NCBI RefSeq assembly: GCF_001194135.2
Contig: NC_068986.1
Location: forward strand, 115,033,039 to 115,097,038
Direction: 5' to 3'
Length of the DNA stretch: 64,000 nt
Source: Octopus bimaculoides
Lineage: Eukaryota
Both the position numbers and the translations under genes were made by a program. Numbering within the stretch: position 1 is the stretch's first letter; the number at the start of each line of letters is the position of its first letter. Positions 23,492-37,476 of the stretch are shown here, in pieces. A model generated the notes under the pieces. It ran no database searches. It was not told the DNA's origin and saw only the letters and a program-made list of their open reading frames with translations.

Positions 23492-25370
23492 CAGAGAGTA
23501 ACGTTGTAGTTTAGCTTTCTGCTGAAACTGAGACTCTTTTGTCAACAACACATTGTTTATTGTTGATAAAGTTTCAGGTCGTCTCCCATTGAACAAATCT
23601 ATGATCAGAGGCATTCCAGCTGTGACCATCCTGCCTCTCTTGGACTATATTGGCTAAGTTGTGATTTGAAGTAAATTTGGCTGCTATTTCTAATCACTTC
23701 AACAACCACATAGAGGTTCCCCTCTTGTTAATCTTTCCAGACTGATAAAACGCTTATGTAAAATAATGAGTTAAAAATATCAGTCGACTAAGATTATCCA
23801 CGTAATTAAATGACAAAAACTTCCTTTAGAATGCTGAAAACGCACTCACCAACTTTGATAATGTCAGCTCGTGCGAAATTTTGGGAAAATAAATAAGATG
23901 CTGACAGGAGTTCTCTCCCTTAGAGATCTGTGTTAACACTCATTCTTAAAACCTGCATTCAACCGCAGCCAACAGTGGTTTTAGGTTCAGTCCCATTGTA
24001 TGGCATTTGGGGCCAATATATCATCTACTATAACTTAAGGCCGGCTAAAGCCTTGTGAGCGAATTTGGTAGATAGAAATTTAAATTGTGTAAACACACAC
24101 ATTCATGTGTGTGTGTATTGCATATCCTTACTGCCAAATCTATTGTTGTTGGCACTCCGTCGGTTACGACGTCGAGGGTTCCAGTTGATCCGATCAACGG
24201 AACAGCCTGCTCGTGAAATTAACGTGCAAGTGGCTGAGCACTCCACAGACACGTGTACCCTTAACGTAGTTCTCAGGGATATTCAGCGTGACACAGTGTG
24301 ACAAGGCTGACCGCGAGTCCACTGCCCTAACCACTGGGCCATTGCGCCTCCACTTCCAAATCTAACATTAAATAAAAGACACGAGTAGTAATTATTATTA
24401 CGCAGTACACGTTTATTTTGGACTTTCAAAACCTNNNNNNNNNNNNNNNNNNNNNNNNNNNNNNNNNNNNNNNNNNNNNNNNNNNNNNNNNNNNNNNNNN
24501 NNNNNNNNNNNNNNNNNNNNNNNNNNNNNNNNNNNNNNNNNNNNNNNNNNNNNNNNNNNNNNNNNNNNNNNNNNNNNNNNNNNNNNNNNNNNNNNNNNNN
24601 NNNNNNNNNNNNNNNNNNNNNNNNNNNNNNNNNNNNNNNNNNNNNNNNNNNNNNNNNNNNNNNNNNNNNNNNNNNNNNNNNNNNNNNNNNNNNNNNNNNN
24701 NNNNNNNNNNNNNNNNNNNNNNNNNNNNNNNNNNNNNNNNNNNNNNNNNNNNNNNNNNNNNNNNNNNNNNNNNNNNNNNNNNTATATATATATATATATG
24801 TATATATATATTGAAAAATATCATGAATAAAATCACAATTTTTCTTGACCTGCTTAATCTTATTTCTTTACTGCCCACAAAGGGATACACACAGAGGGGA
24901 CAAACAAGGACAGACAAACGGAATAAGTCGATTATATCGACCCCAGTGCGTAACTAGTACTTATTTAATCGACCCCGAAAGGATGAAAGGCAAAGTCGAC
25001 CTCGGCGGAATTAGAACTCAGAACGTAGCGGCAGGCGAAATACCGCTAAGCATTTCGCCCGGCGTGCTAACGTTTCTGCCAGCTCACCTGCTTAATCTGT
25101 CTTCTAAGTAGGTTTATTTCAACATACCCCACCATCCCTTTATATATGAACAAACAAGTAAGAATATAAGTGTGAAAAAGTTCTAAGTGCTGTTGGTTGT
25201 ATTCATCGTGCTACCTGACTTGTACGAATCCTAAATGGGTCTAAAGAAAAGATCTTCTTGTCCTTGAGTCTGAGGAAACGGTCAAATGCTACTGTAGGGA
25301 TGAGCTGACTCAAATTTACTATTTGCTCTCTTGAAACGTCCAACAATATAAGCATTGGTGATATAGCTTT

Positions 25371-25634
<264 letters not shown>

Positions 25635-27673
25635 GGATGGTGTAGGGCGGCGAGCTGGCAGAATCATTAGCACACCGGGAAAAATACCGTTACGTTCTGA
25701 GTTCAAATTCTGCCGAGGTCGACTTTGCCTTATATCCTTTCGGGGTCGATTAAATAAGTACCAGTCACGCACTGGGGTCGATGTAATCGACTTAACCCCT
25801 TTGTCTGCCCTTGGATGGTGTTGAATTCTCTCTCTTTCTCTCCAGCATTTTAATCGATCGAATATGGAATCGGTTAAATAAACTTAATTGATGCACTGCA
25901 GCATTTTAGGCGAGCTGGCAGAATCGTTAGCACGCCGGGCGAAATGCTTAGCGGTATTTCGTCTGGCGCTACGTTTTGAGTTCAAATTCCGCCGAGGTCG
26001 ACTTTGCCTTTCATCCTTTCGGAGTCAATAAACTAAGTACCAGTTACGCACTGGAGTCGATGTAATCGACTATCCCCCTCACTCCAAATTTCAGGCCTTG
26101 TTCCTAGAGTAGAAAGGATTTTAGGTTTGCTGTTTTATTTGATGTGGGGGCCACATGGCTTAGTGTGATGCACTCACGATCATAAGATTGTGGTTTCGAT
26201 TTCTGGATCACGTGACGCGTTGTGTCCTTGAGCAAAACACTTCATTTCACATTAGNNNNNNNNNNNNNNNNNNNNNNNNNNNNNNNNNNNNNNNNNNNNN
26301 NNNNNNNNNNNNNNNNNNNNNNNNNNNNNNNNNNNNNNNNNNNNNNNNNNNNNNNNNNNNNNNNNNNNNNNNNNNNNNNNNNNNNNNNNNNNNNNNNNNN
26401 NNNNNNNNNNNNNNNNNNNNNNNNNNNNNNNNNNNNNNNNNNNNNNNNNNNNNNNNNNNNNNNNNNNNNNNNNNNNNNNNNNNNNNNNNNNNNNNNNNNN
26501 NNNNNNNNNNNNNNNNNNNNNNNNNNNNNNNNNNNNNNNNNNNNNNNNNNNNNNNNNNNNNNNNNNNNNNNNNNNNNNNNNNNNNNNNNNNNNNNNNNNN
26601 NNNNNNNNNNNNNNNNNNNNNNNNNNNNNNNNNNNNNNNNNNNNNNNNNNNNNNNNNNNNNNNNNNNNNNNNNNNNNNNNNNNNNNNNNNNNNNNNNNNN
26701 NNNNNNNNNNNNNNNNNNNNNNNNNNNNNGTATGTTTGTGTGTCTGTGTTTGTCCCCCCAACATCGCTGGTGTGTTTACGTCCTCGTAATCTAGCGGTTC
26801 GCAAAATAGACTGATAGAATAAGTACTAGGCTTACAAAGAATAAGTCCGGGGGTCAAATTGCTCGACTAAAGGTGGTGCTCCAGCATGGCCACAGTCAAA
26901 TGACTGAAACAAGTAAAAGAGTAAATTCTTTTGTAGTTTTTCTATTTTACTGTGATTTTACACTGAATTTATACTGAATTCGTTCAGTGTTTGAAATTAG
27001 GATTTACAAATTGAACGCGTGCCAGAAATTGAATCAACGATCTATGTGGATTATTATGGCATTCACTGGACAATTCTTGTTGATAGTAAGGTTCACAGCT
27101 TTCGCCCTATTGCTATTAACATTAAATAATCTTAGTCTTTCCAACTTTGGTGACTGGGTTTCAGTGAGGAGATTTAGTTACATCGGAATATATCCGTTGT
27201 TTCTTACAAAGTTGACTTTAAAGACAAGACCCATTCTAATCAGCATCATTAAAATTCCTATTACTTGTTTCAGTCATTAAGACTGCGGCCATGCTGGGGC
27301 ACCGCTTTGAAGAATTTTCAGTCGAATGAATTGACCCTCAGGACTTATTTTCTTGTAAAGCCTGGTACTTATTCTATCGGTCTCTACACCGAACAACTAA
27401 GTTACAGGAACGTAAACATACCAACACCGGTTGTCAATCGGTGGCGGAGCCAAACACACACACATACATGTATGTGTGTGTGTGTATATATATATATACA
27501 TATACATATATAAAGGTTATGAAGGGTAATGGAGTTAACCAGACCATAAAGATAGAGGTACTACCGAGTAAGTGCTGTATACCGACTAGTTTTGCCCCAG
27601 ATGTGGTTATAACATGAATGGGGAATATAACACGAGTCGTGTATTAGCGTGTGTATATATAAAAAAAAAAGGT

Positions 27674-28053
27674 GGAGGCGCAATGGCCCCATGATTAGGG
27701 CAGCGGACTCGCGGTCATAGGATCGCGGTTTCGATTCCCAGACCGGGCGTTGTGAGTGTTTATTGAGCGAAAACACCTAAAGCTCCACGAGGCTCCGGCA
27801 GGGGATGGTGACGAACCCTGCTGTACTCTTCCACCACAACTTTCTCTCACTCTTACTTCCTGTTTCTGTTGTGCCTGTAATTCAAAGGGTCAGCCTTGTC
27901 ACACTGTGTCACGCTGAATATCCCCGAGAACTACGTTAAGGGTACACGTATCTGTGGAGTGCTCAGCCACTTGCACGTTAATTTCACGAGCAGGTTGTTC
28001 CATTGATAGGATCAACTGGAACCCTCGACGTCGTAAGCGACGGAGTGCCAACA
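27674..28053 (+). mobile_element. tRNA-derived SINE (family 4), full length
   Basis: Head GGAGGCGCAATGGCC..TGATTAGGGC...GGTTTCGATTCCC and tail CCCTCGACGTCGTAA.CGACGGAGTGCCAAC. A reverse copy lies at ~50391-50765, with fragments at 19438-19578, 24145-24350 and 28490-28630. Confidence 0.8.
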
Positions 28054-28899
28054 AATTGTTAGGAAGATTCTAATGATTTCAAACTTTGGCACAAGGCCAT
28101 CAATTTAAGAGAAAGGTATAAGTTGATATCATCGACTCCAGTGCTTGACCGGTATTATTTTATCGATTCCGAAGAGATGAAAGGCAAAGATTACACTTAA
28201 GCGGATAAGTGCACGCACACGCGCACATTTAACATCGAGTGAGTAAGCTGGAATAAAGAAAGGATATTTGCTCTATCGGAAAAGCTTTTAACAGCAACCA
28301 AATTTCGTTAAATTGATTGTTCTATATCAATGATATTTTAATGAAGGTAATTGCTTGATTGTGACATTTCTACCTTTATTTAGCATTTAAAAATTAATTT
28401 CACAAAATTTGGTTGGATTGAAAAAAAAATATTAGAAGGGAAATAACTCTCTATATACTCTAAAAGTTTAAGTACAGTTTACATAAGAACACTCCGTCGG
28501 TTACGACGACGAGGGTCCCAGCTGAACAGCTTGCTCGTGAAATTAATGTGCAGGTGGCTGAGCACTCCACAGACACGTGTACCCTTAACATAGTTCTCGG
28601 GGATGTTTAGCGTGACATAAAGTGTGACAAGGCCGGTCCTTTGAAATGCAGGTACTACTCATTTTTGCCAACTGAGTGGACTGGAGCAACGTGAAATAAA
28701 GTGTCTTGCTCAAGGACACAACGCGTCGCCGGGAATTGAACTCACGACCTTACGATCGTAGGCCGGATGCCCGAACCACTAAGCCACGCGCCTTCACACA
28801 GTTTACATTGTGAGAACACATTCCTTCATCAGCCGTCGATTAGAGATCGTTACGATTTCAGCACAATCCCAAAGCACTGTCCGGGTTCTTCTGGTTCAT

Positions 28900-29490
28900 A
28901 CTGTTGCACGCTTTTTGCTTCTATTACCAATGCAGTCATTACACAAAGTCGTCTGCGATTGTAACTACTCAAACTATTTTTTGTCTAACTATTCATTCCG
29001 TGATCCCAGCTTTGGTTTCTCTCTCATTAACTTCAGTCATATCCACGATAAAGCAATTTATTCCTCTCCCTCTCCATTTCGCAAATCACCGCTCTATTGT
29101 CCACCACCCTTACAACTTCAATGCCGGTCAGGTAGGACCAATGTCTCAATTGAACGGTTGGATTTAGCAACAAACTCCGCGTTTGGGAAACTTAAAAAAC
29201 AAGTGTGGTCAAACAGAGTATTTGAAACTTTCCAATCAAGCTTTGCATCTAAGATACCTGCGTTACCACATTCCTGTTATACTTGTCAGAGACATAGGTG
29301 CTATAATAAGGGCACGCTAGAATGCTTGAAAAATTCCGCCAGGCATGTTTAAGGTTTAGATCAAGTATGAGTTGGAGATCTTTTGTTCTTGACACGTATG
29401 TGCTGGAAAGGTTCGGCTGTTTCAGAATGGGAATTCATCTTGTCAAGTACGAACCACGATAGAGGGGTCATCTCATCCGTCTTCACGTTT
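28900..29490 (+). mobile_element. Degraded RTE-clade LINE, RT C-terminal region
   Basis: NSAFGKLKKQVWSNR...LEKFRQACLR..MSWRSFVLDTYVLER...VKYEPR*RGHLIRL aligns with the RTE pattern AFGRL..RVW / LE.FHQ.CLR.IL.I.W / LRW.GH..RM. Contains stops and frameshifts. Confidence 0.7.
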
Positions 29491-32155
29491 CGGAAGATTG
29501 AAATCATGAAGACTTTATGGTGAATTAAATCTCGAAGTGCATCATTAGCATTACGTAAAAAAAGAGAAAATGGAAGAAAAAATGTCACGAAAAACAGCTT
29601 CGAATCCTTGAACTTTAGTACTGTTTATTGTGACCGTTTCGCATTGAATAGAAGTGAACAACAGTGTGCAACCAGAGACCAGAAAGAAAGAACAGCCTAC
29701 AGTTTGAAAAAGAAATCAAATTGTTCCTCAAATAATAAAACTTAATTCGCTTAAATTCCAAGTTATTGACGTTCTGTACAGTAAAGTGTGAGTGAGTGAG
29801 TCAGCGTGTGTGTGTGTGTGTGTATGTGTTGGTCTACAGTTTTTTGGTATTTATTAAGGACTTAAAAAAACAGACACAAGATTGTCAAGGGAAATAACTC
29901 TGCTTACATTAGCTATAAATATTGGAATTGATATTCAGAGCTATCTCTTTTCTTTCTGTTGTAGTGCTGCGGTGTCCGAAGGCGATAATAAATGGATAGG
30001 GAATAAATGGTATTGATGATAATCCTGATGATTGTGGTGATGGTGATAGATGAGTGACCGTGGTGATAGTGTAATGATTTCTTTTTCAAACTGTAAGTTG
30101 TTCTTTCTTTTTGATTTTTTGGTTACACTCTGTCAGTCACTTCTTTGATGACAATGATGGTAATACTAATGATCGTGGCCATAATGATGGGAAAACAAAA
30201 CTAAACCATTAACACGAGAATTGGTTATCAAGGGTGGCAGAGTTATTTCCCTTGTCAATTTGTTCCGTTTTTGTTTTTCTTTCTTCCTTCTACAAACTAA
30301 CAATATATGTTACAAAGTTAATGACTCTGGATATTAAATATCACCACTTTTCTAGATCTTGCTTTCTTTTTATCCTTGTCTTCATCAAGTTTCTTCTTCA
30401 ATATCTCCATTCAACTCCACATGCTTTCTTTACATACAGAAATCGTTCTCCTTGCACTGTTCCTCAATTCGGTGTTCACTGACCGTCACACTCTACTTCT
30501 CTCTCGGTTTAGTTTGGATTTCTCTTTCATCTTAGTAAATATTTACAACCGCAACAAAAGTGATAGATTGGCCTAATCGCTAGAGTGACGAACAAAATGC
30601 TTTATCCTACTGAGTTATGTAATTTTTATGATCTGAGTTCAAAACCTGCAATGGCAGGTTTTATCTTTTCTCCTCCTGGTGTTGATAAAATAAGTACCAT
30701 TGGACTACTAGGATCAATACAATCGATTGGGGCTCTCTCTCCGGGAAATCTGAAGCTTGGTTATTCTAGAAATCCAAAATACCCATCCACTATTCAATCA
30801 CATTTTTCCAGTCTTGCTATACCTCTCACTTCCAATGGTCATAGCTTTTTTCCTTTTTATCTGCCATAAAACACCATCACACTTCTTACAGCCATATGTT
30901 TTCAGGCAAACACTTTTGCTAGCAGAAGCCCTCTGGAGGCCTTCTTTATTCTAGCTACATAACTTTTATTAAAACAGCTCATGGCTGGCACCAAAACACC
31001 AAACAAACTAGGTGATTGCCTAAAGTGCTAAAATGTGGGGGTGCCTCACAAACTCTGAATTAAAAAATATAGAAACTTTGTAATAAAGGGAACAGGAGGG
31101 GTCACTCTCTGAACAGAAGAGGATGGAGGACAGCTATGGCTAGAGATGAGGGTAGACAAGGAGGACTGTGTTGTGATACGAACTGTCAAATGATTTAGTA
31201 TGGAACATTTCAAAATTTGTCAACCAACAAGTTTATTCAGTGATATATGGGATCACAAAACTATAGATTTCTTGTTCCCAACTTATAATTTTCGGGGGTG
31301 CATTGTCAGCTGGTGTAAAACAAGGTGATAACAATGAGGGAGCTTAAGAAAATGGGCCGAACATTGTATAGGGCCCTTATTATATCACCTAGAGCAGTGC
31401 TACTTAAACTGAAAATACTAACCCCCCNNNNNNNNNNAACTTTTTGGTTTTTCTCACTTTTCATTAATCAGAAGACAAAAGCCATTCCTATAATTTGTTT
31501 TTCCTTATGGCATTGGGCAAGTTTAAAATGTTTTAAACTTATCTTAATTTTATCAAATATAACAATTTTGTCTGCTCCTTTTTCGGTCCTTTCAGGTTCC
31601 ACCACTCAGAAGAGCTTGGTGGTCCTTTTCTATTAGAAACATTGACGAAGGTAATGTATTATCAGCAACATCAGGAGAGCCAACTGGATTATGAATGTCT
31701 TCTCTTTATTAAAAACAAATTCTATTTCCCAGTGAATCTCCTTTGAGTTCTGCATCATTTGTGTATCTGTTGTTTATTCCATGTCCATATTATTGACTTC
31801 CTACCAACTTGATTTCTTACATTGTCAGCAAGGCCACTGTTCATTATAAATAAAAGTATGTTGTTATCTTTTTTTTTACTAATTTAAAAGGTTTGCTACA
31901 TATTTTTTTTTTGGTAGCTCTTCAACAGATTCAGAACTAAAAATCAGATCTTTAGTAAACCCACAAGAATAACCTAGTCTAAAGGCATAGTTTAACCTTC
32001 TTTGCCATCTTTATCTGTAAATAAGGAGAAAGCACAAAATCTCTGTGCCTGTTGGAAATACATGGCATGTTATATACCTCTGCCAATTTATTGTATCTTA
32101 AAAGCATGAAACTATTTGTAGCTCTTTTGTAACTGTGAATATTAAATGATATACA

Positions 32156-32826
32156 AATATTCTATAATTATAATCAGGGGTCAGCTAATTGCTTTATCAC
32201 ACACCAAATTTAGAAATAGGAGTTAAAATGCCTTTTCTGCTACTATAAAGATCTCCCAGACAATAACACACTTTTTTTATGTAGGCAAAAAGAAAAAAGT
32301 AACGAATCCACAAAACTCAGATTAGCTACATATGCGTTTCGGGATTAAAGTAAAGTTATATTTACTTACTTATTTCCCATCTTCAGTGCAGCATTTTAAA
32401 ATATAAATCTGAGAGTGTTAGGATTAAATATGCATGCGATCAAGCGTCATCGCACAACTGATATTCAACCAACACTTTCAAAAATATACAACCGAACGTG
32501 AACACGTACTCATCCTTAATACTCATGTGTGCGTTATGAGCACTCCTGCAGAAACTGCAGTTTCCAATCAGGGAGTAAATTATATTTCAAGAATAATAAT
32601 AAAGAGAAGTAAAACTAATTAAGTAATCAATTAATTAATAATTAATAATTTTACCAAGTAGTTTGGTACGTTAAAATAACCTTTTTTAGGTAAACTTATG
32701 CAAAATATTCTATAATTATAATCAGGAGTCAGCTAATTGGTTTACCACAAACCGAATTTAGAAATAGGAGTTAAAATGCCTTTTCTGCTACTACAAAGAT
32801 CTCCCAGACAATAACACACTTTTTTA
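32156..32826. repeat. ~123-bp direct repeat pair (32156-32279 and 32704-32826)
   Basis: AATATTCTATAATTATAATCAGG.GTCAGCTAATTG...GATCTCCCAGACAATAACACACTTTTTT occurs twice, 548 bp apart. Confidence 0.8.
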
Positions 32827-33046
32827 TACACACACACTTAAAACTCTTCCCCAGCACAGAAAAGTTCTTCATAGAAAACACAAGAAAAAGTTCTAAGCAT
32901 AACATACAATTCTGAAGAAAACAAGAACCCAATATCTTTAAATAATGTTTATTAACGAAATCATTTATAATAATAATAATTATAATAATAGTAATGATAT
33001 ATATACACATACATATATATAAATTTATATATACATATATATACAT

Positions 33047-33096
<50 letters not shown>

Positions 33097-33780
33097 CACT
33101 CAGTTTTTATATATACTTTATATATACACGCATATCTTTAGCTTTCATTTGTTCAGGATCCTTAATTATTAACCCCTCGTTTGGTTGTTTTCATATGTTT
33201 TACTGTGAGAGTGAGGGTGGGTGGAGGAGTGCCGGAGGAGGGGAGAGACAGAGGAGGTAAGAGACAGTGGAAGGAGGAATTTGGATGGGTAGGTTGGGAG
33301 GATCCACAGTGTTTTCATTCATAAAGTGTTGAAGGTAACATTGAATCGTGGGGTGGGGGGTAAGGAGGGGGGCAGATGATAATATAGAGCTCTCTTTAAG
33401 GGACATTGTTCAAATATGGGAAGATGTTGGGGGTGGGGTACAGGGGTAGGTAAAGATTTGTGTTTGTAAGATTTTAAATGATGTGAGGTGATGGTCTCCA
33501 AATAGGTTGACCTTCTCAGTACAGAATACATACACACACATATATAAGCACACACACATATATGTGTGTGTGTGTTTATATATATATATATACACATATA
33601 TATAAAAGCTTGATTTTGCTGCCCCCGCTTTTCCATGTTAACATGGAAGGATGGTAGGATTAACGAAGCCGTTTGTTTAACAGACAGAGGCTCTTCCTGT
33701 CACCTGTTCTATTTTAGTCCCTTCTTACAACACACATGGACACACAGTATTTACTTTAAAACCAGGATATATATATATAT

Positions 33781-34210
33781 CATCATCATCATCATCGTCG
33801 TTTAACGTCCGCTTTCCATGCTAGCATGGGTTGGACGATTTGACTGAGGACTGGTGAACCAGATGGCTACACCAGGCTCCAATCTGATCTGGCAGAGTTT
33901 CTACAGCTGGATGCCCTTCCTAACGCTAACCACTCCGAGAGTGTAGGGGGTGCTTTTACGTACCACCAGCACGAAGGCCAGTCAGGAGGTACTGGCAACG
34001 GCCACGCTCAAAATGGTGTATTTTACGTGCCACCTGCACAGGAGCCAGTCTAGCGGCACCGGCACAATCTCGCTTGAATGTCTTTACACGTGCCAGGAAG
34101 GCGATGCTGGGTACAGGTGCCATCACGATTTCGCTTTCGCTTGCCCCAACAGGTCTTCACAAGCCGAGTTTCGTGTCCTGCATAGGAGGCAGTCCAGCGG
34201 CACTGGCAAC
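33781..34210 (-). mobile_element. Family-1 RTE-tail repeat, long young copy
   Basis: CpG-rich, near-consensus copy with the (GAT)n tail at 33781-33800 on the minus strand. Confidence 0.85.
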
Positions 34211-34329
34211 GATATATATATAGTTGCAAAGGAGTGGAAAATGGACATTGAAGGAGGGATCTATGGGAAGGCTAGAAAGAAGACGAGTGAGTATTCTCTA
34301 CTGAATCTGTAATGTTAATGGACATAAAA

Positions 34330-34620
34330 GATGAAGCATAAATGAGCCGAGAGAAAAAAAAATATACGTATAAAATAAACTGGAATCAGACGGGGTGTGC
34401 AAGAGAGAAGACTGCACCATAATGGAGATGAAAGTCGGGTAAAAAAAGGGCCAAGGGATACAAGTGAAAAGAACCTGTCGAAGAAAGGAAGACTACAGAA
34501 AAGATGAAGACATGATGGAAGATGATTTAAGGAAGGTGAATTGCACAAAGGCGATGACTTAAAGAGTGCAACATGTGGCAAGATGCTTTAGTAAAGAAAA
34601 TCTATCCAACCCACACAAGC
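34330..34620 (+). mobile_element. Highly degraded RTE-LINE ORF 3' end
   Basis: Weak similarity to LRW.GH..RM...VKK...RGRP.K.W..DL in broken frames, comparable to the 43020-43510 copy. Confidence 0.4.
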
Positions 34621-35186
34621 TTAAAAGAAATTGATGTAAAGTGATGATAATATATGTGTGTGTGTGTGTGTGTTGAAGGTGTGTATGCAATACAAGAGAC
34701 ATGCAACACCACTTGACCTTTGGTAGACATGTACATATTTAATTTTCACTCTTTGGAGTGAATGAGAACATGCTGTTGTTATTAATTCTATAGAAAGATT
34801 TATATGCAGTTTTAAATGTCAGGTGTATGTCTGTGAGTGCATTATACACCCACCCACAGATATACACACAGGATATATGTATATATAGACACATACAAAC
34901 ATATATATATGCACACACCTATATGTTTCTATACATAATTATATTCAATTATAGTTTTAAAGATGAGAATTCACTGCACAAGTCTTGTTTCTGAGATATT
35001 TTGAAGGACATGAAAGAGACAGGAAACTCAGAGAAGCAGCAGCAACACGGTCAGGCCTCAGCTACAGAAAGAATAACTATACTCTACTGCATGGAGTCAG
35101 TACTTTTCCTATTGTTTCAGCATCAAAATGCATATAAATGAGGCATGACTACATAGATTTATACACACACACATGGATGTATATGC

Positions 35187-35219
<33 letters not shown>

Positions 35220-35305
35220 CAAAGGGCTCAGAGCGAGAGATCTGAGAGTCTTGACTCTCAAGATAGTTAATCAGTAACTGAGAGTCCCAGTAACAATGTG
35301 TGCGC

Positions 35306-35336
<31 letters not shown>

Positions 35337-36458
35337 CATACATTATACACACACACACACATACATACATATGCACAAACACATCGATATGTGTGTGTGT
35401 GTATGATAGACTTTCACTCTTTCCATCTCTCAGATTATACTCATAGGACATTGGTCAATCCAAGGGTTTGGTGGATGACACATGCCAGGAATGCTGTATG
35501 ATGTGTTTGAACCTAGAATCAAATAGCTGCGAAGCAAACATCATAACAACATGTCTAAGGCCCGCATCACCTCTAAATCATGTATTGAGTGTCACCTCTA
35601 TAGCCTGTACAAGTACATCATCGATATCTATTATATAGAGTGTGTTATGTATATATAAAGTAGACCTTGTAGAATGTGTCAATGTCAATAACGGAACAAA
35701 AACATTCAGCTTTGGGTTTCATGTTTTATGGCAAAACCAAGTTCTTCAAAAGTGGAAAATTTGAAATCAATTGATTTCATATATTTACACATCTGCATAC
35801 ATACAAAGATAGATATATATACACATATATACATTTATGTTTGACAGTTCACTATGTAGAAAAATTGTTTAATTTAGCAAGTGACCACATATTTATCTCA
35901 GAGCTTGCTGGTTGTGATGGTGGAGGTTTTGCCCTATAAAGAAAGGCATTGCAGCCACTGCGACGCCACTTTGTTACAGATTTGTAAGGCCACATTATAT
36001 AATGTGTCCTTTCCTTTTTTTTTAAAGATGGCTGGGTAAAACTTTGAGGGAAAATTTGGCTGCTACTTCCAGTAGAGGCTCCCTCGTTGTAAGAAATGAT
36101 AGAGGTGCTCTGTAAGAAATGACAAATTCCAACCATAAGATGGTTAAAAAAAAAAAAAAAAAAAAATTCTCCAAGAAGCTGTGAATTTAACAATATCTGA
36201 ACAAGCTCAGTCATCTGTCAGGATCAGTAGAATTCCACAGAGAGGAACTGGGAAATGCCATTCCCTATCTTGAAGTAGAAGTCTTCTTAATAGAAGCACT
36301 GGCAACAGCAGATGATGTGTGCTGCTAAAAGATTTACCGAAACCAAAAGTTGATGACTGCTACAGGAAATGAGAAAAACCTGCTAAGAAATGTCCAGTTT
36401 TATATATATATACATATACACATACATACAGAGTTTTCACCTTTATTTACAGTATGTG

Positions 36459-36502
<44 letters not shown>

Positions 36503-37198
36503 AGTCGATGTGAAAATGTTGACTGTTAACAAAGTTATATATTTTTCAGTTTCTCAAATTTCTTTTCAATTCCATTTTTTTTTTATTGTTTATAATAAAT
36601 TTTTTTTTACATGTATTGCTTATATTTCATTTCTTTTTGTTAAGTGTTGTTGTTGTTGCTTAGCTCCAGGCCAGCCCTGATTGATCAGAGCTCTGATCAA
36701 AGGTAATCCAAACACGGCCATCCTGTCTTTTTTTTTGTACACCAGGAACTACATTGTTACATGAAAACGTCTTTGTTTAAGACAGCAGTGCGGGATTCGA
36801 GGGAGATATGACTGTTACATCTAGCAAGTCCACTCACCCTCTTGTGGAGAATCACGAGAATTCTTTTCTGTAGACATAAAAAACAAAAAAACATTGGCAA
36901 CTGTGCACATGCATGCGTGTGTGTGTGTGTGTGTGTGTCTGTATGTGTGTGTGTGTGTGTCTGTGCACATGTGCACTTTCTGGTTGGCTTGGAATCAGTG
37001 GAGAACAGGGAGCAGGATGGCATGTTGTGTAGCAATTTGAGGGTCTGGGCCCTTCAACTTATCTGTCCTACATGGACCATTCCTGCTGTAAAGTGGGTTC
37101 CGAAACTTCCGTACTTGGATAAACATCAGGGTAGAAACGGTAGGAATGAAAGGTGAACTGGAGTTTCTTCTTGGTTTGGTCCCCCGATGATGAACAGA

Positions 37199-37237
<39 letters not shown>

Positions 37238-37354
37238 AACACACACAGACACACGTGTGTGTATATATGTGGGTCTATACACATACACACACACACACAC
37301 AAACACATATAAAAATCCTGCTCTCTCTCTCTCTCCCCACACACCCACAATCTG

Positions 37355-37476
37355 TTATTTTGGTTTACGGCAATGTTTCTTGAGTAAAAACACGCAGATC
37401 ATTGACCCAATAATAATGGCTGTCAGTGGAACGACGACAGTGATGATGATGATGTTGTTGTTGTTGGAGGTTTCAT
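37355..37476 (-). CDS. CRIM1: CRIM1-like exon L: transmembrane helix, short tail and stop
   Basis: tctttcag|(D)ETSNNNNIIIITVVVPLTAIIIGSMICVFLLKKHCRKPK*. The VVVP motif resembles the CRIM1 TM segment. Confidence 0.8.

Noticed and set aside
31440-32000. Possible old hAT transposase remnant (minus) or 55-nt plus-strand exon at ~31597-31651
   Set aside because: Only vague similarity in broken frames, and no partner exons for a plus-strand gene.
35852-36214. 120-aa ORF or 36280-36330 segment as a CRIM1 cytoplasmic-tail exon
   Set aside because: The ORF overlaps a dispersed repeat also seen at ~61590-61670, and neither candidate shows CRIM1 similarity.
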